IMG/VR virus record: IMGVR_UViG_3300044833_000115
Coordinates: 2,758 to 66,757 of that record
DNA from: a virus
Reading direction: 5' to 3' (one strand)
Length of the DNA stretch: 64,000 nucleotides
The translations under genes were made by a program, and so were the position numbers. Below are positions 18,193 through 27,724 of the stretch, in pieces (position 1 is the first letter of the stretch; each line of letters opens with the position of its first letter). The notes beneath the pieces are model-generated. The model was not told where the DNA came from, did not search any database, and saw only the letters and a program-made list of their open reading frames with translations.

Positions 18193-18948
18193 TCAAATAA
18201 CCCCCTCATCAACGCCCCCAGGAAGAAGGCCAGCCGAGAATTCGTCAACGTCGGGCGGATACTCCCCACGCTCCAACAGCGGAGCTAGGTTGAGCCACGC
18301 CTTACGCAGTAGCCCGACCAAACCTTGCTGTTCCCAATCCCCCCCCACATCGAGCAAGACAGTCATCTGCGTTTGGTGGGGGAACTCTACCGTCACAGTG
18401 CCGTCAGGGCTTTTCACACTGCGCACCATTGCTGACCAAAAGGCGTCTTCCTTGATCTTCAGCCTCACCTGGTCCCAGCCACAGTCCGAAGTCTCGAACC
18501 AGAAAACAGCGTTGCCACCATGCCCGGCATCACCCCCCATCAGACCAGTCGCGTGCGCCCCGCCCTGCACACATTCCGGCGCCCCATCAGAACCCCCACC
18601 GGGTTGGCTCCTACTCAACGCCGTCATCGCACCAACAGCGGCCATAACAAGCGGGTCAGCGTGCATCGCGTCATAGATCAACAGCTTCTCACGTAGCCGA
18701 TTGATGCACTCAGTCACCTCTTCCGCGGCTTTACGGCGAATGCCCGGGTCGGGGTCACTAAGCTGGTCAGTTATGTCGGGGATCGGGGGCGGTTCGCTGG
18801 GCATCTTCAACATTCCTCCTTCATCAGCGGCAGTCGCGGCAACTTCTCCACCCCTGCCCCAATCCGCTCGCCGCTCCGCTACAAAATATTCCCCGTCCTT
18901 CATGAGAACCCATCGTCTGCCCGTCAGACCAGGGGAGGCTTCAGCCAT
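18193..18948 (-). CDS. Hypothetical protein with atypical, less GC3-biased codon usage
   Basis: 251-aa ORF; start uncertain. Confidence 0.5.
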   Translation of the reverse strand: MAEASPGLTGRRWVLMKDGEYFVAERRADWGRGGEVAATAADEGGMLKMPSEPPPIPDITDQLSDPDPGIRRKAAEEVTECINRLREKLLIYDAMHADPLVMAAVGAMTALSRSQPGGGSDGAPECVQGGAHATGLMGGDAGHGGNAVFWFETSDCGWDQVRLKIKEDAFWSAMVRSVKSPDGTVTVEFPHQTQMTVLLDVGGDWEQQGLVGLLRKAWLNLAPLLERGEYPPDVDEFSAGLLPGGVDEGVI

Positions 18949-18996
18949 CTCAACACTCCAAAATTTCTGAAATTTTTGGGGATGGGCAGGCGGGCA

Positions 18997-19698
18997 TCAG
19001 CGCACCCAGCGCGCAACGAGCAGATACGAATGGTTCTTCCGCGCGTGCTGTTGCGTGGTGTGCCGCATCAGCGGAACCACCGTTTGCCGCAGGATAAATT
19101 CGTCCTCGATCAAAAAACCGATCATGGGCAGCACCGTCATAATCTGGACGTGCGTCAGCTTCTGCTTGTGATCAGCTACGGCCGGCTGGCATTTGATGAA
19201 CAACAGCCCGCCGCGCTTGAGCACCCGCCGCGCCTCCAGGATGCCGCCGAGATAGAGCGCGACCACGTTCTCGTGGCACATATTCCCGGCGTTCCTGTAG
19301 CATTTGTTCAGACTTTCCTTGGCGTTACCGCCGCCATTCAGGTAGGGCGGGTCAAGCACAACGCCGTCAAAGCTGTCGTCCTCATAGGGCAACCGCCTCA
19401 AATCAACACCGGTCTCTAGATCAGACCGATGCAAGTCGTACAACCCCGCCGGCACGTTGCGCCAGAAAACACCGCGCCCATAGGTCACGTCCGCAATCTT
19501 GTCGCCAGGCTTCGCATACATGCCCAGGGCGACGGGAAACAGGTCGGCGTTCGTCCCCTGGACACAAGTCAACACCGGGCCTGAAGGCTTCACCGGCTCC
19601 AAGCCATCCACGGGCTCCACGGCATCCCACACCTCGCGGGCCGCTGCCGCCGCATCATTCAACAGCGTGTGGTCAAACCAGCCGGCGTCATCGGTCAT
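18997..19698 (-). CDS. Orphan DNA amino-methyltransferase (N6A/N4C type)
   Basis: SAM motif IADVTYGRGVFW and catalytic VLDPPY; no cognate nuclease nearby. Confidence 0.82.
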   Translation of the reverse strand: MTDDAGWFDHTLLNDAAAAAREVWDAVEPVDGLEPVKPSGPVLTCVQGTNADLFPVALGMYAKPGDKIADVTYGRGVFWRNVPAGLYDLHRSDLETGVDLRRLPYEDDSFDGVVLDPPYLNGGGNAKESLNKCYRNAGNMCHENVVALYLGGILEARRVLKRGGLLFIKCQPAVADHKQKLTHVQIMTVLPMIGFLIEDEFILRQTVVPLMRHTTQQHARKNHSYLLVARWVR

Positions 19699-20047
19699 CG
19701 CTCTACCTTATTTTTCTGATTTTTTTTGGCATGAGCGGGCGGGCAGTAGGTAGCGTTTTCGATCGTCTCCCCCGAGGGCGGTGGGGGGGTCCGCTCCAGG
19801 CCCTGGCGATCCCTCGCCGGCCTTGCCCCCGGCCACCGCCCAATGGGGGAGGGCGAGTGCAGCCCACCCCAGCCCGAGATCGAGGGCGAAGGCGATGGTG
19901 ATGGTGATCGAGCGCGTCATGTCAGTCATCGATCACCCGTTCGTTGCTCGATCGTAGCGCCCGATCCAACCCGGCCACCTGATCAAACGATCGTTTGTAG
20001 AAGTGGCGGCGTCTGTATGGCGCGGCAACAACGACGAAACTCCCTGT

Positions 20048-20497
20048 CTAGGTCTCAGTCTTTGGCGAGAACGGCACCACATTCGGGTCGCGATCTGCCT
20101 CGATTGTCAGCGTCGGCGTCATGCCGCCAAGCATCCCAGCCAACTCGGCGCGCAGCACGTCAAGCGGCACGCGACGCAGCGTCATGTGGGTGTGGTGGAC
20201 GTCGATCGACTGCTTGGGCTGGTAGATGTCGGGCTTGCGCGCGGCGAGTAGGAACATCATCAGCCGGCTGTCGCCGTTCATGGCGAACTCCAACGCGCGG
20301 TCTTCCATGCCCGCCACGCCCAGCGTGAGCGCGTCGTCCCAGGCGTCAGAGAACTCGGGATCTTGTGCTCGCCACTCGTAGAGCGAAGCCCGCCCTACCC
20401 CGACAATGGCCGCGGCGGCGGTGATATTCCCGCATTCCCCGAGGGCGGCGAGGTAGGCCGCGCGATTGGCGGGCGTTCGGATTGTCTGGTTCGACAT
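20048..20497 (-). CDS. terS: Terminase small subunit (HTH)
   Basis: YLAALGECGNITAAAAIVGVGRASLYEWRAQDPEFSDAWDDA...DSRLMMFLLAARKP; first gene of the late unit. Confidence 0.75.
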   Translation of the reverse strand: MSNQTIRTPANRAAYLAALGECGNITAAAAIVGVGRASLYEWRAQDPEFSDAWDDALTLGVAGMEDRALEFAMNGDSRLMMFLLAARKPDIYQPKQSIDVHHTHMTLRRVPLDVLRAELAGMLGGMTPTLTIEADRDPNVVPFSPKTET

Positions 20498-20597
20498 AAC
20501 CGCCGGATAGCACAGCAAACCCCAGGAAAGCGAGGCATCGAGGGCCGTCCAGGTCACCGCGGGAGGGGCAGCGAGAGGCTATCACCACGCTACCATC

Positions 20598-20760
20598 TGT
20601 GGGGGTCGCGGGGGTCTGTAGGGGTCTTTTCACCCTCCCCCACGTGTTTCCTTTTTTATGTGTGCGTATGCGGATGCGTCCGTACGTGTAATCACACGTT
20701 TTATGGATTTCTCCCGCGTAGCTAACAAAATACCCCCACAGACCCCTACGCACCCCCACA
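20598..20760. repeat. Imperfect ~28-bp inverted repeat with ~105-bp spacer
   Basis: 20598-20625 TGTGGGGGTCGCGGGGGTCTGTAGGGGT vs reverse complement of 20732-20760 TGTGGGGGTGCGTAGGGGTCTGTGGGGGT. Confidence 0.7.
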
Positions 20761-20811
20761 GCAGGTTGCATGGTGATATCCAGGGGAACGGGGATTTGTG
20801 GACATGGCGAC

Positions 20812-20839
20812 TTGACATGGTGGACAATATGTCCATTGT
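20812..20839 (+). promoter_or_regulatory. Early promoter with overlapping palindromic operator
   Basis: TTGACA (20812)-N16-CATTGT; perfect inverted repeat TGGACA-ATA-TGTCCA at 20821-20835. Confidence 0.65.
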
Positions 20840-20873
20840 GGCCATGGGTATTGCCGCCCAGGAGCACCAATCA

Positions 20874-21299
20874 ATGTCTAACTCACGGAAAACAATCGCT
20901 TTAATCGAGGGACGCCCGATCGAGATCACCTCAACGGGGTTTCGTGGTGGCCACTTCACCCGTTTCTTCGTCCGCAAGGCGCCAGGGCAGGCACCCGGTC
21001 ATTTCGTCTGGGGGAGCAATCCGGCCTATTCGGGGCGCTACACGATGATTGTCGCCCGTCCCGATGTGAAGGCGCGCAAATGCCCAAACTGGAATGGTCG
21101 CGTGCGGCGCGGGTTTGCCACCTATCGCGAGGCAAAGCAGGTCGCGAACACCCTCAATCAACGCGACCGCGACAGCTACGGCATGGTGTGCAGCCTGGGC
21201 GAGTTGCACGGGACGAAGTTTCGCGAGGACACCGACGGCTTCCCTGCCGCGCTGCAAGCCATGGAAGCAGCCGTGCAAGTCGCTGGGGGGACGGTCTGA
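20874..21299 (+). CDS. Early hypothetical protein
   Basis: RBS AGGAG before ATG 20874. Confidence 0.65.
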   Translation: MSNSRKTIALIEGRPIEITSTGFRGGHFTRFFVRKAPGQAPGHFVWGSNPAYSGRYTMIVARPDVKARKCPNWNGRVRRGFATYREAKQVANTLNQRDRDSYGMVCSLGELHGTKFREDTDGFPAALQAMEAAVQVAGGTV

Positions 21300-21538
21300 T
21301 GAACGCCGCCTGGACCAACACCGTCCGCATGGTCGCGGGCAAGGCATCGGTCGAAGATGCTGCGATCCTGCTGGAACGCATCGCCTACGTGCCACACGGC
21401 CTGTTCCAGGGCTGGTGGCTGGGCACTTGGGCGGACTGCGAGAACGTCGCCCTGGCGATCACCGACGGCGCCTACCCCTCGCCCAAGTGCGCCATGCTCG
21501 CCGCGGCGTCCGCCCTGGCCAACGTGGGAGGGCGGTAG
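21299..21538 (+). CDS. Early hypothetical protein
   Basis: TGATG coupling; MNAAWTNTVRM... Confidence 0.55.
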   Translation: MNAAWTNTVRMVAGKASVEDAAILLERIAYVPHGLFQGWWLGTWADCENVALAITDGAYPSPKCAMLAAASALANVGGR

Positions 21539-21539
21539 G

Positions 21540-21719
21540 GTGCTGAACATCAGCTATCGCCGCGTAGGTGGCCTGCGGTTCCTGAAGTTGGGACGCCTGA
21601 CGTTCTCCTTCTCGATCTCCGAGACGTATCGCCCGATCAAACGCGCCAAGCGTCCGCCGACGATCGTCTACCCCGTGTCGCTATTCGCCCCGCGCACGGA
21701 GATCTTGCCAGCCGAGTGA
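21540..21719 (+). CDS. Early small protein
   Basis: GTG start; LNISYRRVGGLRFLKLGRLTFSF. Confidence 0.55.
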   Translation: MLNISYRRVGGLRFLKLGRLTFSFSISETYRPIKRAKRPPTIVYPVSLFAPRTEILPAE

Positions 21720-21795
21720 CCCACCGTTGGCTGATGCTGGGGGCGGAGATCCCCCAGCATTGGCGAGCAATGGGGCTCGCAGAGGGATCGAGAAC

Positions 21796-22032
21796 ATGAC
21801 GGCACTGAGGACAGACATCACCGGGACCACGCTGGAAATCCGGGTAATCGAGGTGGGCGAGGGCTCGTGGCGTTGGGCACTGTGTGCGGTGGACACGCCG
21901 CACCCGTCCGGCGTGGAGCGTCACAGGGCAGCCTGGGGCGGCACGGGATCATCGGCGCGGAAGGCCTTCGAGTTGGCGATGCAGGCGCGGAGCGCGGTCA
22001 TGGCCGGCCTGGAGCCGGGCACACCCGCCTAG
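21796..22032 (+). CDS. Early hypothetical protein
   Basis: RBS GAGGG following an intergenic hairpin. Confidence 0.55.
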   Translation: MTALRTDITGTTLEIRVIEVGEGSWRWALCAVDTPHPSGVERHRAAWGGTGSSARKAFELAMQARSAVMAGLEPGTPA

Positions 22033-22107
22033 CCGCACCGTTCGGGGATGCTGGAGCACACGCGCCAGCATCTCCGAGCGATGGTGCTCGATCAGGAGGC
22101 TAATCCC

Positions 22108-22455
22108 GTGGCTAAACTCAACACCTACATCGTCTCGTTCAGCCCCGCCGAACGCACCGAATGGGGCGGCTATACCGTCAAGATTAGCCTGCTAATCCAA
22201 GGGGAGAAGCACGAGATCGAGGCGTCATCGTTCGCCGACCTGGAGAGGGAAGTGCGCAAGCTGGCCCAGGCGTTCGGGCAGACTTGCTCGCCCTACATCC
22301 GGTTGAAGGATGGCCAAGCGCGCAAGCCCGCTGGCTTCGACGGGTGGAAGCGTGGGCTGAACATCATCGACTACGTGCCCCCTCCGACCGATGCCCAGAT
22401 CGCCGCGCACATCGCCAAGCTGACCGCACAGGATGCAGCCGAGGGAGTGATCTGA
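22108..22455 (+). CDS. Early hypothetical protein
   Basis: RBS AGGAGG, GTG start. Confidence 0.65.
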   Translation: MAKLNTYIVSFSPAERTEWGGYTVKISLLIQGEKHEIEASSFADLEREVRKLAQAFGQTCSPYIRLKDGQARKPAGFDGWKRGLNIIDYVPPPTDAQIAAHIAKLTAQDAAEGVI

Positions 22456-22766
22456 TGCGCCGGTTTTTCAAGGCCACGGATGGGCATGTGACGGTGTTCC
22501 GTGCCTCCGACACGCGGGACTACAAGTCCGCGTTCTTCACCAGCACCGAGGTTGACGGTCGCTGGGTGCGGCAGGGTCCAATCTCTTTCAGCGGCAACCC
22601 CATTGTTGGCGTGAAGATCAGCATCCAGCATCCGGCCGTGGAGATCGTGCAGTCCGAATACGAGACGTTGATCGCGGGCAAAAACACGCGCGTCCAGGCG
22701 ACTGGAGGCGATCCCAGGCACGCCACCAGCCCGCAACATAGCTGGGTCAGCAACGCAGCGCTCTGA
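22455..22766 (+). CDS. Early hypothetical protein
   Basis: TGATG coupling; MRRFFKATDG... Confidence 0.6.
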   Translation: MRRFFKATDGHVTVFRASDTRDYKSAFFTSTEVDGRWVRQGPISFSGNPIVGVKISIQHPAVEIVQSEYETLIAGKNTRVQATGGDPRHATSPQHSWVSNAAL

Positions 22767-22931
22767 CGCATCCCACGGGCCGGCCAGGGGGCAATCTCTG
22801 GCCGGATTGGGATGTGCCAGTGCGGCACGTCATAGGAGGCTCAGGATGGCACCGGAGGGCGTTCTTAACGTTATGGCGACAAGAGGGGATGCCTACTATA
22901 TCATCACCATAGGCACTCCCCTGGCTATCCA

Positions 22932-23168
22932 ATGACCGAACGCGACCAAGAAGAACAGGACCGGAGCATAGAGCTTATGACCGCACAGCTAGAGCAGATC
23001 CGCTTTCAGATGGAGGAAGTCCGCCGCGAATACGACGAGGGGCGAGCACGCCGTGAGGAGCTTGTCCGTCAGGACCGCCGACGGTTTATCATCCAGACGA
23101 TCGTCACCTCGATCGCCGGCGTCGTCGCCGCAGCGGCGCTGATCCTGCACCTGATCGGGCGGACATGA
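22932..23168 (+). CDS. Coiled-coil protein with C-terminal transmembrane helix
   Basis: FIIQTIVTSIAGVVAAAALILHLIG. Confidence 0.6.
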   Translation: MTERDQEEQDRSIELMTAQLEQIRFQMEEVRREYDEGRARREELVRQDRRRFIIQTIVTSIAGVVAAAALILHLIGRT

Positions 23169-23184
23169 TGATAGGAGCGCACAC

Positions 23185-23403
23185 ATGACCGGTGATGATC
23201 TGAAGGCGATCTTAGACGCTCGTGGGTGGACCGCGCCCACCTTCGCGGAGCACATCGAACGCAGTAGGCGACAGGTCGATCGCTGGTTGACTTCAGATGC
23301 CGCTGTCCCCCGCGTCATCGAACTGATCGCCCATGATCTGCCGACGCGCGTCATCACGGTGCAACTTGTGGCGCACAACAACGAGGCACACGCCGATCAC
23401 TGA
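23185..23403 (+). CDS. Cro/XRE-like HTH regulator
   Basis: MTGDDLKAILDARGWTAPTFAEHIERSRRQVDRWL...VPRVIEL; RBS AGGAG. Confidence 0.75.
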   Translation: MTGDDLKAILDARGWTAPTFAEHIERSRRQVDRWLTSDAAVPRVIELIAHDLPTRVITVQLVAHNNEAHADH

Positions 23404-23608
23404 CCCCGGCGGCGCCTGGGCTTGGGCTGGGCAAAGACAGGCTCCGGGGGCACCTCCGGGGCCTGTGCCTGTATCAGGGCAGGCGGTGGCGGCACCAGCG
23501 GCGCCAGGGTGATGTCGATGTCCTCCAGCAGCCGGTTGAGCAGATCGAGCCCGCGCCTGTCCTCGCCGAGGTGGCGCACCAACTCGCGCACGATGGCCGG
23601 CGCTTGGC

Positions 23609-26212
23609 TCATACCTTCACGACTGTCCAGCGTGGCCGGGTGTCGGTGCCGGTACGCTCCAGCTTGCGATCGTTGACCACCCTGCCACGGTGATCGCGGA
23701 GCCATACCCCCAGCCGGTTGGGGTCCAGCTTGCCCAGCCGGTTGCGACTGATCGCGCTGACCACCTCCAGCCATACCGGGTTGGTCGGCTGGTCATAGCT
23801 GTCCTTGGCCTCGGCCTCGGCCACCAGATCCTGGGTCGAATAGGATGTCAGCACGTCGGGGAAACACTCCAGCGCCAGGGCGAGGATCTGCCGTTCCGGG
23901 TCTTCCGCGCGCAGATCCGAGACGGATTTGATCGGTGTTTCCCAGCCCAGCCACACCAGGGCGCCGGCCACCAGCCGCGACCACCGATCGTAGCTGTGCA
24001 TCGTCCGGCCGGTGTAGGGCTCGCCGGCGAGATGGTAGGCCCGGGCGATGGTCAGGATGGCAGCTACATATTTTCCCCTGTCTGCCATCACGGTGCTCAC
24101 CGGGTCACCGCTGAACGTCCGCGCACCCGGGTCCTCCACGTTGGCATCCAGCGTGCAGCGCACAGTCCGCCGCACCATGTCGGCCGCGATGACGATGTTG
24201 TTGCCGTTGGCAAACACGGTGAATGCGTTGCTGATTGTCACATGGTCGCTGCCGCCCAAGGGACGCACCATCAGCCTGGGGCGTTCGGTCACCTGGGCCA
24301 GGAAGTCGCCGGTCAGCACGCCGTTGCAGTTGTCCAGGGCGATGATCGCCCGCCCGCTCAACGCCGCCGCAATCAGGCGCTTCTCGGTCTCTTCCTCCTT
24401 CGGGGCAACGGTCATCACCGCGCAGCGCTCGCCGATCGCGATCACACTGGCCAGATCCCCCAGGTAGCTTTTCCCGGTCCCTGGCGTGGGTGCGGTGACG
24501 CAGTGCATCGGCACCGCCTGCCCCAGTGCGCCTCGCAGCACCGGCGTCATCAGCATCGACATGCCCACGGATCGGCTGGTGTCATCGGCGAACGGGAAGT
24601 CGGTCAGCAACTCGTCCAGCCGCAGCAGCGCCGCATAGGCGTGCGCTTTCGTCGGTCGCGGCGGGATCTCGGGCATCCTCGGGGGCGCGTGCAGATAGAG
24701 CCCGGTGCGGGTGTCATAGCCCGGCGCGGTGAGAAGGGAGCAATCCGACCGCAGCGTTGCGGTGCCGATCACGCCCAATAGCGGGTCGAACGGCCATTCG
24801 CCCACCATGCTCGCCACCTGCTCGACCACCTCTTTCGGCGGGTCGATGCGGATCATGTCGCCCGCTTTGTTGAGCCGGCGCCACCGTGCCGAGGTGCCCA
24901 TCGCGCGAGCCAGCATGGGGCTGGTCACCGGGATGATGCCGGGCACGGTCACCTCGGTCCCGTCGCTGGCCTTCGACTTGACGCCCGCCACCCGCACCAG
25001 CTTCACGTCACGCTGGTAGAACGGCACCGCGACCGCCCGCATGGTCCGCATCGCCATATCCGCGGCCACGTGGCGCAGCCCGCCCATCACCCGGATTTCG
25101 GGCAGTTCGGGGGTGACTGCCTCGGCCGCTTCCTTGGTTTCGTCGAGATTGGCCTTGCGTTCGTCGCGGGTGTCTTTGCGCTCCTGCTTGCGCTGCGCCT
25201 TGCGCATGGCATCCCGGCCGAACGCCCACTCGATGATCTCGGGCACCTCGGCCTTGCGCTCTTTCCACCGGTCGGTGGCCTTCAGTTCGTCGTCGCAGGA
25301 GTCCAGCAACTCATCGAGTTCATTCCAGACCGGGATCATGCCCTTGCGCTTCAGCTTGCCGGCCAGGGCGGTCATGCTGGGGTGCATAGACTCCCCGCTG
25401 CGGATCAGGCGCTTCAGTTCGGCCTCATCCACCAGGGCGGCGTTGGGGTCGTCGGGCAGCACGGCCTGACCATCGCGGGCGATCAGCCTCGGCCGCTGGG
25501 ATTGCAGCGAGGCGGGCTTGCCGATCTTCGAGAGGTCCAACTCGGGCAGCAGATCGAGCGGCACACCGTCGATGATCTCGACACGGTGGCTCGGGTTTCC
25601 GTTGGTCAGCCCGACGTAATAGGACTGCGTGAGCGTCCAGCACTCGGCCGCAAAGCACCCGGCCGGCTGAAAGATCCCGTTGAGCCAGGACATGTACATG
25701 TCGTGCTTGGGGATCATCCGGTCGGTGCTTTCGCCCCCCTCCTGGCCGAAGATCGGCCGCGAGAAGAACGCCAGGAAGCGCCACCTGGGCGCGTCCTCGG
25801 TGTGGCTGGGCGAGGTGTAGAGGATGCCCAGCACGCCCGCCTTGGTCAGGTGCTCGTGGGCTTCGTCAAAGCTGATCTGCTCGCCGTCATAGTCGGCCTC
25901 GATGCCGGTCATGAACTCGAAGTTGCCGTCGTGACGGAGACTTCCGCCGATGCGCTTGCCGGCGGCGTTGGTGCGGATCGGCGTCTTTTTCTTGCCGAAG
26001 CCCCCCAACTTGAGCAATTCCAGCAGCTTTTTGGCCGCTTCGGTGGTGTCGGCCTCCGCGTGCGCCGCGAAGATCCACGCCGCGATTTCAGGGATCGTCA
26101 GCGCCCGCCGCTGGAACGAGGTGGCTTGCACATTCGGAAAGATGGTGAACTCGACAAGGAGCGTGTTGATCCAGTCCCGCAGGATGCCGGTCGGGCCAGC
26201 GGGCGTGCTCAC
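23609..26212 (-). CDS. Primase-helicase fusion (AEP-like N-terminus, SF3-like P-loop C-terminus)
   Basis: EADYD...LYTSPSH...PRWR primase motifs; PTPGTGKS, IALDN, ANGNN; GTG at 26212 coupled to the upstream stop. Confidence 0.82.
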   Translation of the reverse strand: MSTPAGPTGILRDWINTLLVEFTIFPNVQATSFQRRALTIPEIAAWIFAAHAEADTTEAAKKLLELLKLGGFGKKKTPIRTNAAGKRIGGSLRHDGNFEFMTGIEADYDGEQISFDEAHEHLTKAGVLGILYTSPSHTEDAPRWRFLAFFSRPIFGQEGGESTDRMIPKHDMYMSWLNGIFQPAGCFAAECWTLTQSYYVGLTNGNPSHRVEIIDGVPLDLLPELDLSKIGKPASLQSQRPRLIARDGQAVLPDDPNAALVDEAELKRLIRSGESMHPSMTALAGKLKRKGMIPVWNELDELLDSCDDELKATDRWKERKAEVPEIIEWAFGRDAMRKAQRKQERKDTRDERKANLDETKEAAEAVTPELPEIRVMGGLRHVAADMAMRTMRAVAVPFYQRDVKLVRVAGVKSKASDGTEVTVPGIIPVTSPMLARAMGTSARWRRLNKAGDMIRIDPPKEVVEQVASMVGEWPFDPLLGVIGTATLRSDCSLLTAPGYDTRTGLYLHAPPRMPEIPPRPTKAHAYAALLRLDELLTDFPFADDTSRSVGMSMLMTPVLRGALGQAVPMHCVTAPTPGTGKSYLGDLASVIAIGERCAVMTVAPKEEETEKRLIAAALSGRAIIALDNCNGVLTGDFLAQVTERPRLMVRPLGGSDHVTISNAFTVFANGNNIVIAADMVRRTVRCTLDANVEDPGARTFSGDPVSTVMADRGKYVAAILTIARAYHLAGEPYTGRTMHSYDRWSRLVAGALVWLGWETPIKSVSDLRAEDPERQILALALECFPDVLTSYSTQDLVAEAEAKDSYDQPTNPVWLEVVSAISRNRLGKLDPNRLGVWLRDHRGRVVNDRKLERTGTDTRPRWTVVKV

Positions 26213-26541
26213 TTGGGGATCAGTGCATCGGGATAGTCCCGCTCCACTGCGTCGAAAACAGCCTGGCGAAAGCGATCGGCCGTCTCCTTGTTCACCCACT
26301 CCATGATCTGGACCCAGCGCGCGCGCCCGCGCTGGTCGCGCTGCACCGTGCCGTCGGGGCCAAGCACCGGCCGGGCCGGCAGGCCGCACCAGCGCTTGTC
26401 TTCCTGGATGTGCACCGACACGTCGATGATCTTCAGCGAACCCACCTGGACGGTCGCAAACCCCCTCAGTGTGTTCTTATCGAAGGGGCGCCATTCTATA
26501 AGGGTTATTGGGAGCGCCCTTGATCCGGGGTCGGAAACCAT
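26209..26541 (-). CDS. SpoVG/PC4-like single-stranded nucleic-acid-binding protein
   Basis: KNTLRGFATV...LKIIDVSVH...WCGLPARP...RFRQAV. Confidence 0.7.
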   Translation of the reverse strand: MVSDPGSRALPITLIEWRPFDKNTLRGFATVQVGSLKIIDVSVHIQEDKRWCGLPARPVLGPDGTVQRDQRGRARWVQIMEWVNKETADRFRQAVFDAVERDYPDALIPK

Positions 26542-27002
26542 ATGTATTGCCCCCCTGGGCACCCGCCGGGGGTGGGGTGTTGATCTGTAAGCCCCCGAGT
26601 GGTGGCCGGTTGTGCAGCAAGAATCGCCCCTTCGCGGGGGCGCGGATCGAAACTGGCGACTTGCCGGTTGCGGTTGTGACGCAACCGTGCTCAGAAATGC
26701 GGTAGGCATTCGGCGTGCTCTCCCACGTCGGGTGGATAGGACATTCGGCTCCGCTCCAGCGGCCGAATGGTCGATAAGGGACCGGGGAGGGGCAAAACTC
26801 TCCGGTCCCAAAACTTACAAAAAGACTACGGTATCGGTTCTAAACGTCCACGTATTATGGTCAACCCTGCAAGCTCCGCGTGAAACGGCAGGGCGCATCT
26901 ACGAAAAATCATTGCGCCCAGTCCGAATCGTGACGCCGCCCAGGACTTTGGCCGATCATCCCAGCACATAGCCTGCAAAACGGTCCACCCTGGGGCACCC
27001 CA

Positions 27003-27572
27003 TCACACTCTGATCCCGGCCTTGCGCGCGCGGGCAACGGCTTGTTTGCCCAGCACGAATCGGGGCGGGGTTTTTTTCGGCCGGGACTTCTTCCGCACCG
27101 TCAGCCCGGCTTTGATGTTCGCCGCTTCGCGGTCCCAGGCGTCCAGGTGCGCCTCGACCTCCACCACCACGAAACGAACATTCGTCGTGAAGCGGAAGCC
27201 GGCGGCGGCCAGGCCGGTGTGCACCTCACGCACCGTCCAGGCGACCACCGGCGGGCACCGACAGGCGGTCAGCTTGCCGATCGTGACGCGCTGGTTGGCG
27301 GTCAGCACGCCCGTCCCGCGTTTCAGTTCCAGCCGGCGCGCCAGCCCGGGCTCCTGCCACACCTCCCAATCCAGCGGCCCGGGCTTCTGCCCCCGGTTGG
27401 CATCCCTGGCGCGCTGGTTGTCGGTGCGTCCGCCTTCGTCAGCGTCGTGCTGGGCGCTGAAGTAGCAGGGCTCCAGCAGCGTGCGCGTCAGCAGCCGGTT
27501 GACCGCGATGCTGAACCGCTGTTCGGGCTTGTTCGGTATCCAAATCTTATCCGGTGGGGGCGTGTCGCTCAT
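27003..27572 (-). CDS. VRR-NUC-like PD-(D/E)xK nuclease (possible resolvase)
   Basis: PGPLD...LELKRGTGVLTANQR. Confidence 0.65.
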   Translation of the reverse strand: MSDTPPPDKIWIPNKPEQRFSIAVNRLLTRTLLEPCYFSAQHDADEGGRTDNQRARDANRGQKPGPLDWEVWQEPGLARRLELKRGTGVLTANQRVTIGKLTACRCPPVVAWTVREVHTGLAAAGFRFTTNVRFVVVEVEAHLDAWDREAANIKAGLTVRKKSRPKKTPPRFVLGKQAVARARKAGIRV

Positions 27573-27724
27573 CGGGAAGCATGTCCTTCCAGATCACGTG
27601 TCGGATCTCGCCGGATGGCAAGGTCACGTCGAACGGCGGCACCTCATCGACACCAGGCCACCGCGGCAGCGGACGAAACTCGCCCTCCGAGATCCAGCCC
27701 CAGATCCGCCCGGCATTGGGATCG

